Source: Eledone cirrhosa
Taxonomy: Eukaryota
DNA: 64,000 nt
Direction of reading: 5' to 3'
Assembly (NCBI GenBank): GCA_964016885.1
Contig: OZ024748.1
Location: 19,530,001 to 19,594,000, forward strand
Shown: positions 63,317 through 64,000 of the stretch, piece after piece
Layout of the letters: every line of letters starts with the position of its first letter
Numbering within the stretch: position 1 is the stretch's first letter
Notes under the pieces: generated by a model
What the model was told of the DNA's origin: nothing
The model's database searches: none
Seen by the model: the letters and a program-made list of their open reading frames with translations, nothing else
Made by a program: the position numbers and the translations under genes

Positions 63317-63693
63317 AGGTGGTGGGTGTAATCTACGTAATGCTGTATGCAAGAAAATAGAAATGAATTCAAAATTTCGCTTGAGAAGGAGAAAGAAGAG
63401 TAAATGTTAGCTGCAATTGTTAATGACTTTAAAATAAAATGGAGGAGATAATTCCGAGAATTTCCAGAATTAAGAAAATTTAATTTCAATGCTTTAATCT
63501 CTTTCTCAAAATCACTTATCTACAAGAGGTTAACTAACTTGTATTTTACTTAATAATGAATGTAATTGGCCGCTTAAGAGATTATAATTACTAATTACTG
63601 TGAAGAAAACATTCTATTGTTAGCGCTGTTAAATTACAGAACTATACAATAATCAAAACATCTTATAATCAATTAGTAAAGTATTATTATCAA

Positions 63694-63887
63694 GGGCCGT
63701 GGATTGGCAGTATCGGTAGAGGGTCAGACGCCATGCTTTGCAGCACAGAGTTACGTACCCTTATGGTCTGAGTTCAAATCCCGCCGTGGTTAACTTTGCC
63801 TTTCATCCTTACGGGGTCGAAATAAAGTACCAGTAATGCACTGGGATAATTGCTGGCCTTGTGCCAAAAGTAGAAACAATTATTATT
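63694..63887 (+). mobile_element. Full-length tRNA-derived SINE
   Basis: A box TGGCAGTATCGGT, B box GAGTTCAAATCCC, core resembling the MetaSINE central domain (from memory), ATT tail; TATTATT on both sides. Confidence 0.88.
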
Positions 63888-64000
63888 GTTTGGTAAATTA
63901 AAAAAAAATAGTAAAGGTTAGTGCACAGAGACATCCAATAATTGATTTTAGACAGAGATCAAGAATTGATTTTGTTATTGTTTCTGATCTCTTTGATTTT

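Noticed and set aside
63694-63790. tRNA gene
   Set aside because: A and B boxes are present but there is no cloverleaf; it is the head of a multi-copy SINE.

Overview
Repeat-dominated, AT-rich eukaryotic DNA, probably coleoid cephalopod (octopus-like; inferred from the SINE family and the (TA)n/(TAA)n density). No host gene can be supported with confidence. The window holds three full-length Tx1/L1-clade non-LTR retrotransposons. Two are near-identical intact copies (4262-10292 minus, 49647-55674 plus), each embedded in (ATT)n. The third is a diverged relative (42925-48660 minus) embedded in (TATC)n. There are also three 5'-truncated R4/Dong-like RLE elements in (TAA)n plus one older fragment, a decayed Penelope-like GIY-YIG fragment, several small (TA)n-flanked fold-back elements carrying hammerhead ribozyme motifs, an internally deleted mariner, a hAT MITE, about 11 tRNA-derived SINE copies, a 13.6-kb 20-bp satellite with higher-order structure and several minisatellites. 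Most notable: in both Tx1 families the ORF1 stop codon lies inside a GGTAAGT splice-donor consensus, and splicing to the first downstream AG would fuse ORF1 in frame to ORF2. The families also share covarying 3' stem-loops but sit in different microsatellites. All structures were read by eye, with no searches or folding software.
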